From assembly GCA_964187785.1 (NCBI GenBank), contig OZ076409.1, forward strand, positions 28,956,001 through 29,020,000: a stretch of 64,000 nucleotides of DNA, in the 5' to 3' direction. How positions within the stretch are numbered: the stretch's first letter is position 1; every line of letters starts with the position of its first letter. The position numbers were made by a program, and so were the translations under genes. The stretch comes from Amphiscolops sp. MND2022 (lineage: Eukaryota). The notes beneath the pieces are model-generated. The model searched no databases. It was given only the letters and a program-made list of their open reading frames with translations, and was not told the origin of the DNA. Of the stretch, positions 23,060-35,709 are shown one piece after another.

Positions 23060-26000
23060 TGACAAACTGTTCCACCAAAAAAATTGAATGGAATTTATGT
23101 AAAAAATTTGAATTTTAAAAAGGCTAGATTGAAGATTTTGGATCTGTTTGGCTCTACCTTACTCGAGTTCAGTTACACGGTTGAAAGGAGACAGTAGACC
23201 ATTTCGGAAGTCATAAAAGTACAAAAACAGTCCTAGAAAACTCGTATCTCAGACCCCTGTTGTGCTAGTCTTTTCCAGCGGCTTCTGCACACCTAATGCC
23301 CGACATTACTGGCTTAGAAGACTTCGATGCTCACGGGAGCAAAAATATAGACCCCCAAGAACTCTAACACGGGATTTTTTTGCATCAGGTGGCAGAAGCA
23401 AATAGACTATGTTAGATTTCACACTCCATGGTTGACATCGATCGGAAATAGAACAAAGTTATTCATAGTTAACGATAAAGCCTCAGAATCATATGTACTT
23501 TCCGGGGCTCAAACATGACTTAGGATGTGTTATATAGAAGCACTTCTTACAAATATACATCGGCGATTAATTTCAAAAGAATCGTTCTAGTTGTGGATTT
23601 AACAATTGAATTCGCACTGTCTGAGGTCCCTAGGTTATCAGCAAACAGCTTCTGGTGTGTCGGAAAAAGTTTTAGTGCCACGAGTTTATGAGGAAAGTTT
23701 TTCTTCTGGGGGTCGAATTTTCACTTGCGGCTTGCATTCGAGTTGCTTTTGAATTGGTTTTGAGTTGGTTGAGTTCTTTCCTCACGCTTGGTGGTGCAAA
23801 TTTGATCAAGACGTGGAAATACAATTGTGTCAGCGAGAGTACTGTTTAATCAAGTCAGTTTCCTTGCTAGCATTTCGTTTCTTGAACAAAATAAATCTGA
23901 TCATTTTACGTTGGTGGACACTCTATTTATCTTAATTATAAAGAGTTTTTTCTTCTTAGAAAAGCAATCGATATGGTAAGACCGGTTTTACATAGAAGTT
24001 GTAATAATTGAATACCACATTCTTCGACACAGAATGTCCTACCCTAGCTACTACTCCGAAGTGTTTATCCGACTTTTTCGAAAGTTAATCCACATGTTCG
24101 TGAAGTTTTAGATTCCTATCAATCCACACTCCCAAATACTTGACTGTGCTCTTTACTTTGATCGTTTCGGATCCCATAGTGAAATCCTCGCACCTTGTTT
24201 TTTTCTTGAAGGGCATACAATGCGTCTTATCGAGATTGAGAGATTTATTAACTTTTAATCATCTGTCATTTCTTTTCAGCTCCATGTAATCGGAATCAGT
24301 GATAGCAGCTTTTTCCATAGAAATGAGATTTGATCGTCTGCAAACAATGTAGGCTGAATTTCATCACCGACAGATATCATATCATTGATGTATATTATGA
24401 ACAACAGAGTACCTAAAATTGATCCTTGATGGTTCCGTATTTGATATCACGCACCGGAGAGGAGGAACAGTCAGTTATCGATGCTACTTGAACTCTACAT
24501 TACCGGTAGGGTTGGAGCGAGAGCGAAGTTTTTCCTCATGCCAATATTGTGGTTTTTTTTGAAGGGTTGGGTCAAAAGCGAATGGTTTGGTCAAGTCAAG
24601 AAAGAAACAGGTATAACCGGTTTTGTGGGAGCCATGTCTTACTTTCTCCACAATCTGTGCAATTGCATCAACGCATGATCTTTTGGACCGAATACCAAAC
24701 TGGGAATAATTGAGCATGAGGAACGTCCCCATGAAGTCTATGATTCGCGAGTACATTTTTCGCTCGAAACCCTTGGATACTACAGATAGCAAGGAGATTG
24801 GTCGGTCATTATTCATGTCAGTCTTATCATTTACTTTGTTAATAGGTATGTTTCTGGCTCTTCCTAAGCAGCTCTGGGAATGTTCCTTGAGAATGAAAAA
24901 TTGATCAAATTTGTCAGGAGAGGGACAAAAGTATCGCAACAATTCTTGATGACAACCACGGAGTTCCATCTAAACCAGCTAATATATGTGCTTTCAAGTT
25001 ATCGATAACTTTCTTAACTTCGTGAATGTTATTGTGTTTTTAGGAACATGGAATTTTTATTTACCGGATACCTATCAGTACAATTCTTTTTTGTTGATTT
25101 GTGGTCTGTCCAATTCTTGAGAAGTACTCATTGAACTTCTCAGTAATCTCTGCAGTCTTTTCGTATTCATGTCATTTTTTGATTATCTTTTTTAAAGTGT
25201 ATTTGTGTCTTTTACTAGTGACACTGTTAAGATTACAGAAAAAGGCTCGCTTTTCATGGAGACAATTATTGAATAGGGTATCAAAGTGATACCGTTTTTC
25301 GAAGCTTGTGAAACATTTGTTTTATATAACCAAAATCCGTTATACGATACTGTAGGTGTTGAGGGCGTACTTCAAGTGAAGCTTTTTTCTTGAGATGGTT
25401 ATAATACCAAGACGGAGAATTCGATTTTCTTCTGGGTGCATCAATCTTCGAAATTTCATCAGTGATCAAGTTTAGATCAGGTATCAAGAAGCAGCACTTG
25501 CGCGCCAGGAGTTATCGGAAAAAGTTTTGACCTTACTCAGCAAAAGCCCTAACTCGGTCGGTTATCGCTGTGTTAATCACCGCTACTCACATATCACCGG
25601 TTCTTTTATAGTTGCGCATAACCGTTGATGATAGACAGGTGAGTCTTGTGAAAGATCGATGCTCATATCTCCCATAATGCAAGATAATTCTCAGTATTTC
25701 ATCAACTTGAGATATATTTGAAGGTTTTTGGTTTTTATTTAGGAAAAAGCTATCGATGTCATCGACTTGCTTACCGCAGGTCTCAGGTAAACAAATTGCC
25801 ACTGGTAGAACTTGAGATGCTACTAGTATCTGAAGCTCGAAGTGAATTTTTGAAGGATTCACTTCTAAGTGATTTTTTAATGATCTCACATTCATTTGGA
25901 AGACCCAACTGTTTCTTTCGCATGACCCAAGGAAACGTGCTTCATTGTTATGTTGTTCAGTTTTTGGTGGTATTTGTTGTGTAAACTCAATTGGTTTAGA

Positions 26001-28123
26001 CTCTAGTTATATGAAAGCAACATTGAACAGAAAGATCATACTCCAAAAAAGTGCTACCATTTAAGTTGTTAATGGTATATGTTCAAATATCGTCTTTCCA
26101 CACAGTAAATTTTACCGTCTCTCGTCCACAATTTACTGATTCGTACGTCGGATTTCTTTGAATTGAAGAAACGCACACGTGCTGTTGTTAGATCTTCAAA
26201 CACGCACACTGCTGATTTTTTGCTGTTTTTTTAAGGCGACGAGCGAAGCGAGGGGCCTTATTGTTTGCGTTTAGTTTTTACTTTTTCGCCAGAACGTGAC
26301 ATCCCTCTGCATTTGTAAAAGTTTCGGCTAGTTTTCTCCAAGCCTAATTCTCCGAGATTATTCAAAATTTCGAAAACAGATCCGCAACTGAATGCTCTTT
26401 CTGGCCATGTAAAAAGGTTCCTAAAATTTTCCGCCTGGGCGATTCTACTAGCTTCGAAAACACGATTTTCGCGAAAATTGGTAGGGTTTTTTTCCGATTT
26501 TGCGTAATTTCACTACTTGAACCATATCGAACCGTCTCCAAATAGATACCAACTGACGCATGAGAATCTTCTTCTTTAAGGTCGTGAAAGTTTCATTATC
26601 TTACAATTATTGGGCGTTGAGAAAATGGCTTTTAAAAATCGGAAATTTTTTGGGGTTTTTGCGCGAAAATTTTCTAAATGTAGATTTTGCTCAATTTTAC
26701 TACTTAAACGAACTTAAAGTTTTAAAAAAAGAACTGGAACTGAATGCCCTTTCTAGCAATTTTTTATAGCAAGGTTCCGACAATTTTTTGCCTGGGTGAT
26801 TTTATTAGCTTCGAAAACATGATTTTTGCGAAAATTTTTAGGGTTTTTTTTCCGATTTTAGGTAATTTTACCGCTTGAACCATTTCGAACCGGCTCAAAA
26901 TAGGTACCAACTGACGCAAGAAAATGTCTTCTTTAAGGCTGTGAAAGTTAACTTTTACAATTATTGAGCGTTCAGAAAATGGCGATTAAAAAGGAATTTT
27001 TTTGGGTTTTTTCGAAAAACATTTTCTAAATGTAGATATTGCTTAATTTTACTACTTAAACGAATCCAACCGGCTCATAATTAGTACCAACCGACGCAAG
27101 AGGATGTCTTCTCTAAGCTCATTAGAGAAAGTTTCATTATCCTACGGTCATTAGTCGTTGAGAAAATGGCGAATAAAAATCGAAATTTTATGGGTTTTTT
27201 TGCGAAGAAAGTATATTTTGACGTACCCCATGCAATTGGGGTTGCTTGGTCGCTTTTACGTAGAACCCATTGCTCCTGGGATCTCTCAAAGAGTCCGTTT
27301 GCTCGGAGCCGTCGCGCAATGGCAGTTGCGCCTATGTTTTTGTTTCTCAGCATGCTGATACGAGCAATCCCTCCTTACGATAATGTGTTTGGGTCCCGGT
27401 TTATTGACAGGTAGTCGATGAGCTTTAGAGATATCCGAGCTGGCCATAGTGACTTCATTCTTCTTCGCTACATCTAGAACCTTCGTTTCCGTAACCTCAT
27501 TCTGTTCGTATTTAGTTTCACACTTGATACCCACTACCCGCAAGTTGTCCTGTCGATTATAAGCTTCGAGGACTTTCAATAGGGGACAAAAAGGGGCTTG
27601 GACTCGAAATTTGAGTCCAGGTAATGATTGCTTCTCTAAGCCCCTTTCCGGTATTTGCAAATGCCTTGCGGTATATTGTAAAAACAACAGTGTGTTCCAA
27701 GATTTTTTTCGTCCTGGAGTTCAAGCAATATCGAAGCCATATTCAAAGCCAAATCCAAAAATTGATTGCATCCAAGATTCCGATAGAATTTGGGAAATTT
27801 CGGATATCTCAACTTCGACTGTTTTTGCATGTAATAAACTAGATTCTTTGACGATATTCAATGATGATTGGTATAGTCTATCGTCTCTTCATTGTCAACG
27901 AAACTAAAAAGGAGCCCACTCAAAATCCAATCTAACCAATCGTAAATTTTTTGTAATCTCGGATAATGTCCAAAAAGTGACTAAACTTCGAACTTTCGCT
28001 GACTTCAAATAGATAATTAGGATGGTCGCGTTTAATGTTCCGTAAGGTTTCCGTATCCGCGTTTGGAATCTTGTTTTCGGTGTTTACCGCATCTACATAT
28101 GAAATAGTTTGAGTCGTTGCCAT
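23060..28123 (-). mobile_element. Near full-length degenerate CR1/L2-group LINE (ORF1 + APE-RT)
   Basis: ORF1 motifs LEAYNRQDNLRVVGI, DISKAHRLP..PKHIIVR and VFEDLT...WTRDGKI. APE motifs NVRSLKNH and ICLPET. RT motifs RPISLLSVVSK.FER, SQFGIR and FLDLTK. Many stops and frameshifts. Confidence 0.88.
26226..27340 (+). mobile_element. Second HINE/Helitron-like family with ~180 bp internal tandem repeats, inserted in LINE ORF1
   Basis: 5' hairpin taaggc-gacgagcgaagcgaggg-gcctta. 3' gccgtcgc plus hairpin gcgcaa-tggcag-ttgcgc. Internal repeats at ~26520, 26880 and 27060. ORF1-like peptide is present on both sides. Confidence 0.75.
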
Positions 28124-28125
28124 GA

Positions 28126-28380
28126 TTTTTAGTCGACGTTTTCCTCAGAAAAGAGTCGACTATAGTCATGGCTTTTCGTCAGTGTTTTTCGTCCGCGTAA
28201 CATACAATACCGGGCAAGAATAAATGGTCCCCCCTTAGAGTTTTGTTCGGCATTGTGAGACTTTTTTTGAAAAAAAATTCAATAAAGGGTCCCCAATTCA
28301 CCAATACTTTGACACTTCGAAGTCCTTTTGCTATTTTCGAGCTCAAATATGGCGTCGACTTGGACCAGTCCGGTTTGTTT
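28126..28380 (+). mobile_element. Short HINE-like copy
   Basis: 5' tttttagtcgacg...gagtcgacta, core ggtcccccc/ttcggcattgtgagac, 3' gcgtcgact plus hairpin and ttgttt. Confidence 0.8.
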
Positions 28381-29004
28381 GAAATAAAATTTGGTAATAC
28401 CATGGTATAACATGATGGTTTGTGATGTATTGGATAGGCTTGTGATGTTTAATGGCTGACAGCGTTCACGTCACTCAATTTGTATGTTGTTGCTTTACAT
28501 CTAGTCCAATAAAATAGTTCACTTTTTTGCTATTGCACAATAAATGTGTTGGTCTCTTGCTATTAGTTATTGCGCTGGATGCGGCGATAACTTAATGCAT
28601 TTAACATAGTGCTTTTAATGAAATACACATTTCATTATTTCTGAGTTATCAGTAAGTGCAGGTTGCGACTAATAGTTACCATGCTGTAATAAATGAATTG
28701 GACGGACCTCTGATTGTAAAAGTTGATTTGGACTCGATTAAAAAAGACCAAAATCTTCTGAACAAAAATGTGTTTTTGACAACTGTGAAACTAAAAGTTC
28801 ATTAATGTTAGAGCATTCTAAGATCAATATACAAAAACTTAGGAACTATGCATTTTAATACTCAGTTTGTTTTTAACCTATTTTAGTTCAAATTTCGAAA
28901 GCCTTGAGAGTTGAAAAAAAATTCAAGAGTATCCACTGGAATAATTTTTTTTGCAAAACTTTGAAAAGAAACCGTCTTGAACGGGACTTGTATAACGGAC
29001 AATG

Positions 29005-29445
29005 GGTACTCCTGACTAAGTGTGGTCCCTGTAAAATTTATGCAGCCGGCCTGAAAACTCCGTGGTCCCTAGCAAATTTGGAATTAAATTAAAAACAAAA
29101 TTAAACGTAAAGCAAACATTACATGTAGTTCAAAACAGCAGAATTCAATTTACTAGCTTTTAGTGCTGTTACAGCCAATATTTATGGAACTTGATTTGAA
29201 GAGGTTAGCATATTTGTTGTATGGCTCGGTCGCTTCGCTCCCTTCGCCAAGTAGCAACATTGAGGCATGGCCATATGGCACCTCGCTCCGCTTCGCTCCT
29301 GCATTTAGGGCACTAGGGGTATGTGAACATAGCTGACTACGGTATAATAATTATTCCGACAAAATATGCAGGGACCACACCTACATTATAGGGACCACAC
29401 TTAGTAAGGAGACATCGCTTGGGACCACACTTAGTCAGGAGTACC
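29005..29445. mobile_element. MITE with GG-starting TIR and 8 bp TSD (Merlin/Mutator-like)
   Basis: Perfect 25 bp TIR ggtactcctgactaagtgtggtccc. TSD ggacaatg at 28997-29004 and 29446-29453. Confidence 0.9.
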
Positions 29446-30305
29446 GGACAATGTATTAAGATGTGACAAAAAAGGCAGTGAGAAACCCTTATATATTTAT
29501 AGTTTTTCTTGAATCTTCTGTAAACGTATTATCGTCATTAGTGGATGGATTAGTTTCTGTCAATAATACAAAATGACAGAACTGCGTCGAGCTAATTTAG
29601 TTTCAGTCCAAATCATTTTTTCACAATCAGGGGTGTCCAATTCATTATTACAGTATGGTACCTAACATCTAAATTTTGTCAGTGACTTTTGTTAGAGCAA
29701 GTACATGTACGAGCTCTAAAGACGCCGCTATGAAGTTATAGTTCGCATTTCTGAGAAAAATTTGCTATATACGTCAAGAGATCAATTCACACTTATGACT
29801 CAGTTAAGTTATGAGTAATTTCCATTTTAGTTATAAGTGTGGAGCAAGCATGTCAAAATTACTCGGAGCAAAATCCCTAAATTACTCGACTCGGTACAGG
29901 CTCGAATGTGGGCGGATTACTCAGTAAATTACTCGGAAAAAAACTATATTAACCACAAAAATTTTGAATTTTTCCGGCGTCGACATACAGAAACAGTAAC
30001 TTTAAGAGTTTCAGGAGCAAGTTTTTCTCGAACTTCAGATAAAACTTTGTTGAAATCAAAATACTCTCTCAACTGAGGCGGAAGATGGAACTATAAATCC
30101 GCTCATGTCATCGCTCATTTTTACCCACTGTCATACGCTCGTCTGATATCGGCATTATATTAACGCAATTTCTCAGAAATATGGGCAATTGCTTGGATGT
30201 ACAGGCTATTTCTCAGAAATACAGGCTTATTACGCGGTTTTACTTGCTAACCTGTAATTGGTCGGTTTACTCTGAAAATGACTCGGAAATACTCGGCGAA
30301 TATTA

Positions 30306-31178
30306 CAGTGTAGGACGTTGAAAATTTGCAAAACGACATTCAATTTTGTTTTGCAAAATCAGTCTGTTTTATCATTCTTGATTCCAATTGGCTAATTCCA
30401 AAAATTAGACAATCAATTTTAACAAAATAGACATTCAAATTTAGCGTACGCTACTATCATGCTACTAGAGAGGTAGAAAGAATGGGGGCTTCCCACGAAG
30501 CAGAATATTCACTAAGCCGAAAAAAACGAAAGTATTCACTAAGCCGAAAAAAACGAAAGTATTCACTAAGCCGAAAAAACGAAAGTATTCACTAAGTCGA
30601 AAATTACGTAGCACTGTAGAATTCTCTGCAATCTAATTGGCTGACGCGGGCGGACCGGAACGAAGTCCGTTCAGAAATTTTTTTAAAATGAAATTTTCAA
30701 TTTCCCCCAGTCAGCTATGTTCACATACTCCTAGTGCCCTAAATGCAGGAGCGAAGCGAAGCGGAGCGACGTGCCATGTGGCCATGCCTCAATGTTGCTA
30801 CCTAGCGAAGGCAGCGAAGCGACCGAGCCATACAACAAATATTCTAACCTATTCAAATAAATCAAGTTCCAAACATATTGGCTGTAACAGTACACATTTC
30901 ATTGTATTTTTCGGCTTAGTGAATACTTTCAATTTTTCGGCTTAGTGAATATTCTGCTTCGTGACACCCCACCGAAAGAATGAAGACTCTGCTTCGCATA
31001 GCTGCGCAAACTTTCAATCTTAATTACCAGCGGTATGCGAGCAGTGGTCTGCTAGGGGATTACTAAAATTGAATGTCGATTTGGGAAATTTGAATGTCTA
31101 TTTAGAAAATTTAATCTTTCATCTGATTGGTTCGGGAAATTTGAATGTCGTTTTGCAAATTTTCAGCGTCCTACACTG
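30306..31178. mobile_element. Tc1/mariner-type MITE (TA TSD), host of a nested MITE
   Basis: TA|cagtgtaggacgttgaaaatttgcaaaacgacattcaa versus its inverse at 31141-31178|TA (1 mismatch). Confidence 0.85.
30484..30973. mobile_element. MITE with GG-starting TIR, 8 bp TSD and ~24 bp subterminal tandem repeats
   Basis: TIR core cacgaagcagaatattcactaagccgaaaaa at both ends. TSD gaaagaat at 30476-30483 and 30974-30981. Confidence 0.88.
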
Positions 31179-32945
31179 TAATGACATGCTTGGTGTGGAG
31201 CGATCGATTCACGTTTCTCGGAAATGTATATTTTCCAAAGTGTGCATGTAAAGTTCAGTATGCATTTCTCGGAAATTGTAATTTCCGGCCTTTCTCCCTA
31301 ATATTCTTCCTAATAATCAACGATACTTGATGATTTCATCAGAGATTTTGCACACAATTCGGATAGTTCAGGATTTATTATTGGGTTTCGATGCTGTTTC
31401 CCAATAATACTGTAATAGCTTTCACGTTCTCGTCCATTGTGGGCTTTGTCAGCTCACACTCATACGCCGTGGTGCTGCCATGTCAAACTCTAAGTGAGTG
31501 ACCGGAGCTCTGGAATTTAGAAGCTACCGTGGTTGAAGTCTCTTGAGACGATGAATTGTATGACCACATTTCTTAGAAGCATAATTGGATATGACGCTTC
31601 GGAGATAACGTCAAGATTTTATACGAATTATATCAGTATTTACATTATGTTCTACAAGGTGCCATTTACCATATCGTTTTGCAATACGTTTATGTAACTT
31701 ACCATTAAAGTTCTTGTCATTTGGCTATTTGAATGTCATAATATATTATGACTTGTTTCTTCGGTTTTTTGTTAGTGCTATTGGTTCCAATGATGACTGC
31801 TATTTAGCTTGCAGAAAATTATACTACTCTCAAAATACTTGTTTCATTACTTGTACATTCAATTAAACAAAAAATTATTTCATCAGTTTTGAACATGTAT
31901 TGGTTTAACCTATTCGCTGATTGTATGTACTTAATCATTCACTCGTTTTGTAGGCATTGAATGCCCACTGGATGAATTAGCTGAAATGATACAAACTTCC
32001 GTGTACAAAACATCTCAACGCTGTCCCTGATTCTTTTCGCTCCTATTTTCTCGCAAAATGGTGTTACTCTGTCTGCCTTCAACAATAGTTTCACCATGTA
32101 TTCAGAGTTCTCTCCTTTTTCAAAGTATGCCACAAATTAGGACCTCTTCGGCGTTTTGAAGTTCCGGACGAAGTACTGGAATTATCAAGAACTTGATAGG
32201 TATTGCAAATGAACTTCTCAAGTGGTTCATATTTTTGTATTAAAATCACCTATTCTTTGAATGATCAAAGAATACTTCTATTCGTTTAAAACAGCGTTTG
32301 AGATCAAAGTTTTGATTCAAGTTCCGAACAAAATTTGGGTGCCTAATTTCACCAATCACAAGGAAATGGCAGTTTTCGAATTTTTTAAGGATTCATTTCA
32401 TCCCGAATCTCAGAATGCACGTGTCCAATGGAAGAAACCACCGGCTCAAAACTAACTCAAGCTGGAATAGTACTATAGTACCATAGACTGTATATAACCA
32501 TAGACAGTAGCTCTTCTGATGCTTTGTCCAGTTGTTTGGAGAATTTTCAAAACGTTGAGCTATGATGTTTGCAAGATAACTGTTTTAAAACATGCCAACC
32601 CTGATCTTGGAAGTTTAATTAGAATCTTTTCAGACCTAATGAACGCCTTATACTTCAAACTCGTAGGCAACAATGCATTAGGAGAAACTTGTCCGTGGTA
32701 CGGTCAATTGTATGATGGGAAATCGAAGGTGCTGTGATATTTCAGGTAATTATGTACCGAACCACTGCCACCAATGTAGCTCTTCTATTTCACTTCGCCG
32801 TCCACTGCGGTACACTATTTATTAGATGACTCTATATTCACAAATTAGTCTCTTCTTGCAACCATGAACATTTTTGGCAGCTTCATTTCAATTCTTCCAT
32901 CATCTCTTCGTTCATACCTCTGACAGGACAGGCCCATATATAACT

Positions 32946-33015
32946 ATGGATGAACATAGATCTCCATACAGAAGCACAACGACCATGCCGGCCACTGAAG
33001 TCATGTCTACCAAAG
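32946..33015 (+). CDS. Candidate first coding exon of the ferroportin gene
   Basis: Strong pyrimidine tract and cag acceptor at 32926; ATG at 32946. Translates MDEHRSPYRSTTTMPATEVMSTK, then a phase-1 donor aag|gttaca compatible with the phase-1 start of exon 44915. No homology support. Confidence 0.35.
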
Positions 33016-33558
33016 GTTACATCAGCTTTTGCTGGGTTTTTTGTTGCTTTTTTCAGTCATTTTGCAGTCGTTAACTGCTCTAGAAAAACACCACAATCAA
33101 AAAATCCTCTTTGATCTTTCTCCTCATAGTTTTTTCTAACAGAGGCCTTGAATTATTGAAAACAAACTAGGAAACTGTCGATTTTCACCAAATCAACTTT
33201 TTAGCAAACTGAATTGTCCTGGAATGCATGAAAGTAACTTTTGATTTACCAGATTCAGTGGCTTATCACTCGGAGTTCTTCAGACTGAAGTGTTTCATTT
33301 GGGTGCAGATGTTGCAAGGTTTATAAAAAACAACCCAGTCCCTGTAAAGTGAGAGCGAAAAGAACGATATTGTTCTACTCCTTGACCAGTGCAATTTTTG
33401 CAAGGGCCACTCCGTAACGCAAAAGGCCGCTTGTTGAAGCTTTTATTACATTTAGCTATTCTTCAATATTTTCAAGTTATCGTCTTAGCCTAACTTTGCA
33501 ATTTCTTGGCATCTTCTGATGAGAAACTGAAGGATGCTGATATATGTTCTCTTTTTAA

Positions 33559-34133
33559 CCTTAACTTGGCCAATGTGCCAAATTTGGCACATTTTGTTTC
33601 TGCAAATTCTTAACGCACCAGCTGATTGTATGGTAAAGCAAACCCTTTAATAAGAGTTTCAGACAATATTGCATAGCATTCGGCGCCTTTTCACGGAAAA
33701 TTGACGTGATGTCTCAAAAACCCAGAAAATGACGCAAAAAAATCAAAAGAAAAATAAGTGCAGATTTTCCGTTTTCCCAGTTTTCGTTTGTGCCCCTTTT
33801 ATCCCACTGGTATCAACATTGGGTCAAAGCGGCCCAAGCATGTTTTGAAACATGCTGGAAAGCAAGCAGAGACACGACGCGTGCAAAGTTCGGAGCCAGT
33901 GCGGCGAAGCCGCACGCCAGCGGAGAACTTCGCGCAAAAAACTGCGCGCAAGGGGCCCGCGCTAGGGGGCCCCAAGCCCAGCAGTTTAAAAATTGATTTG
34001 AAAGCCCCAATGCTCCTCTTTCGAACGCTGTATAAATCGTTTGTCGGACTTGTATAGTTCAGGAGATATTGCGGTTTAAAGTTGAAGCACCTGATTTTTG
34101 GACGCAACAAGATTTTTCCTGGCCAACTTAAGG
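33559..34133. mobile_element. piggyBac-type MITE (TTAA TSD), 575 bp
   Basis: TTAA|ccttaacttggcca ... tggccaacttaagg|TTAA. The interior is the inverted homologue of 61155-61732. Confidence 0.9.
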
Positions 34134-34652
34134 TTAAAACTTCCAAATCCAGTTGCCTTATAGCGCATCTGATTGCATGTCTTGGAGCGTTCATATACTT
34201 TCTTTTTTTGTAGTCGAATAGTTTTCGAAATCGAGACTATTTAGAAGCTTCAAGATATTACAAAGAAGCCCAGAGATGATAAAGTTTCCAACATATGATT
34301 TGAAGCTAGTGAAATAATGAAAACTCATTTTTGTACCACTTTTCGCAGCTTTTGATGGAAAGAGTGACTCACCGTCGATAAGCATCCATGGTGTCCTCCG
34401 TTTATTTTTTTTACCTATTTACTAAACTGATTGTCATTAAATAGCCTCTTTTGTGTTGATTTTAGGCATTTTGCAGCTTTTTTGAATGTTTTTGATTCGA
34501 GAAAAGTTACAATTCCAAAGTCTTCATTTTGGTTATTTTCGGCAATGTGATGATGTTTTTATTTTCTTGAACGCCGCCCTGGAGAATATTTCCCAGACTT
34601 GATGCTTTTTTTGGCATTTAGCGGAGCGTCGACTTTGGTCTTCCTTCTCTTT

Positions 34653-34900
34653 GGGGCATGACGTAGTGGTTAGAGCATTCGGCCTGTACTGGGCGGTATC
34701 AGGTTCGAATCTCTCTCAACTCAACCATTGTTGGTCCTTAAGCAAGTCCTTCATCCCTAGCTTAGTGGCATGGTCAATGACAAAAAATAACGCATTTGGC
34801 AAAACAAAAAGAGCAACAGTGAGCAGTCAAACCTTTGTGACCTTGAGCAAGTCACATTAAAATCACAGCTTCAAGTCCACCATTACTTGACCACTTGGCT
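34653..34900 (+). mobile_element. tRNA-derived SINE with CORE-like motifs
   Basis: A-box tgacgtagtgg and B-box ggttcgaatc, followed by gtccttaagcaagtcc and tgtgaccttgagcaagtcac, which resemble the CORE/MIR motif tgtgaccttgggcaagtcac. 3' end approximate. Confidence 0.65.
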
Positions 34901-35709
34901 GCAACTATGGTACCATAGCTTGCTATGGGGAGATAGTATCCGAAAGGGCGCCGACTTAGAAAAGCAGAACTGCTTATTCCGCGTCCACCCAGCGGTTATG
35001 AGGAAATTAACTTCTCTCTTGTTACACTTGCGTCTTCTCTACACCATTTTTTATTCTTTGTTTTTTTTTAGTCGACGCTTCGTGAAGTGAAACGCGACTA
35101 TAATAGTGACTTTTTTCCAATCCACCCGAACTCTGACCTAAATAGTTCTACAAAGTTCTACGAAACTTCGAGGATTGGGCCATTTGGCACAAGAAACTGA
35201 AATAAAAGTTGTTCCTTTTTTTCAGCATTAGATACAATACCGGGCGAGACTAAATGGTCCCCTTTCAGTTTTTTTGGCATTGTGAGACTTTCCGAAACTT
35301 TTTTCTCAAAGGCAAGGTTGGGTCTGTTTAAAACACCTGTTTTGAACTTTTTGAACCGTGCGAGAAAAACATCTCTAAAACACAATTTAAAAAACATTGT
35401 TTCTTATTTTCCCCGATCCATTTTTCCCAGTTTTTGATCTTATTGTTTGTTTAATCTGTGCCCCGTTTTCGATCCAATTGTTCAATCTACGCCCCGTTTT
35501 CGATCTAATTGTTCAATTTACGCCCTGTTTCTGATCTAATTGTTCAATCTAATCAGTTGACTGTTGATATTGTAGAAAGTCATGCCATATCAAAAAGAAG
35601 TGGCGAATGTAAAATATGTAAAGATAGCGTGATGGGTCTCGTATCGCGGTTAAAGACTCATTTTGAAGTGTTCAACGAAAAACCAATCTACGTCATTCGT
35701 GGATATAAA

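Noticed and set aside
31939..32455. Possible minus-strand gene
   Set aside because: Short fragments with stops, and no recognisable motif or consistent splice chain.
33510..33540. Hammerhead ribozyme (ctgatga...gaaa); also 54961
   Set aside because: No stem II or complete three-way junction could be formed.
33758..34194. Overlapping ORFs on both strands
   Set aside because: They come from the GC-rich interior of the piggyBac-type MITE and show no recognisable domain.
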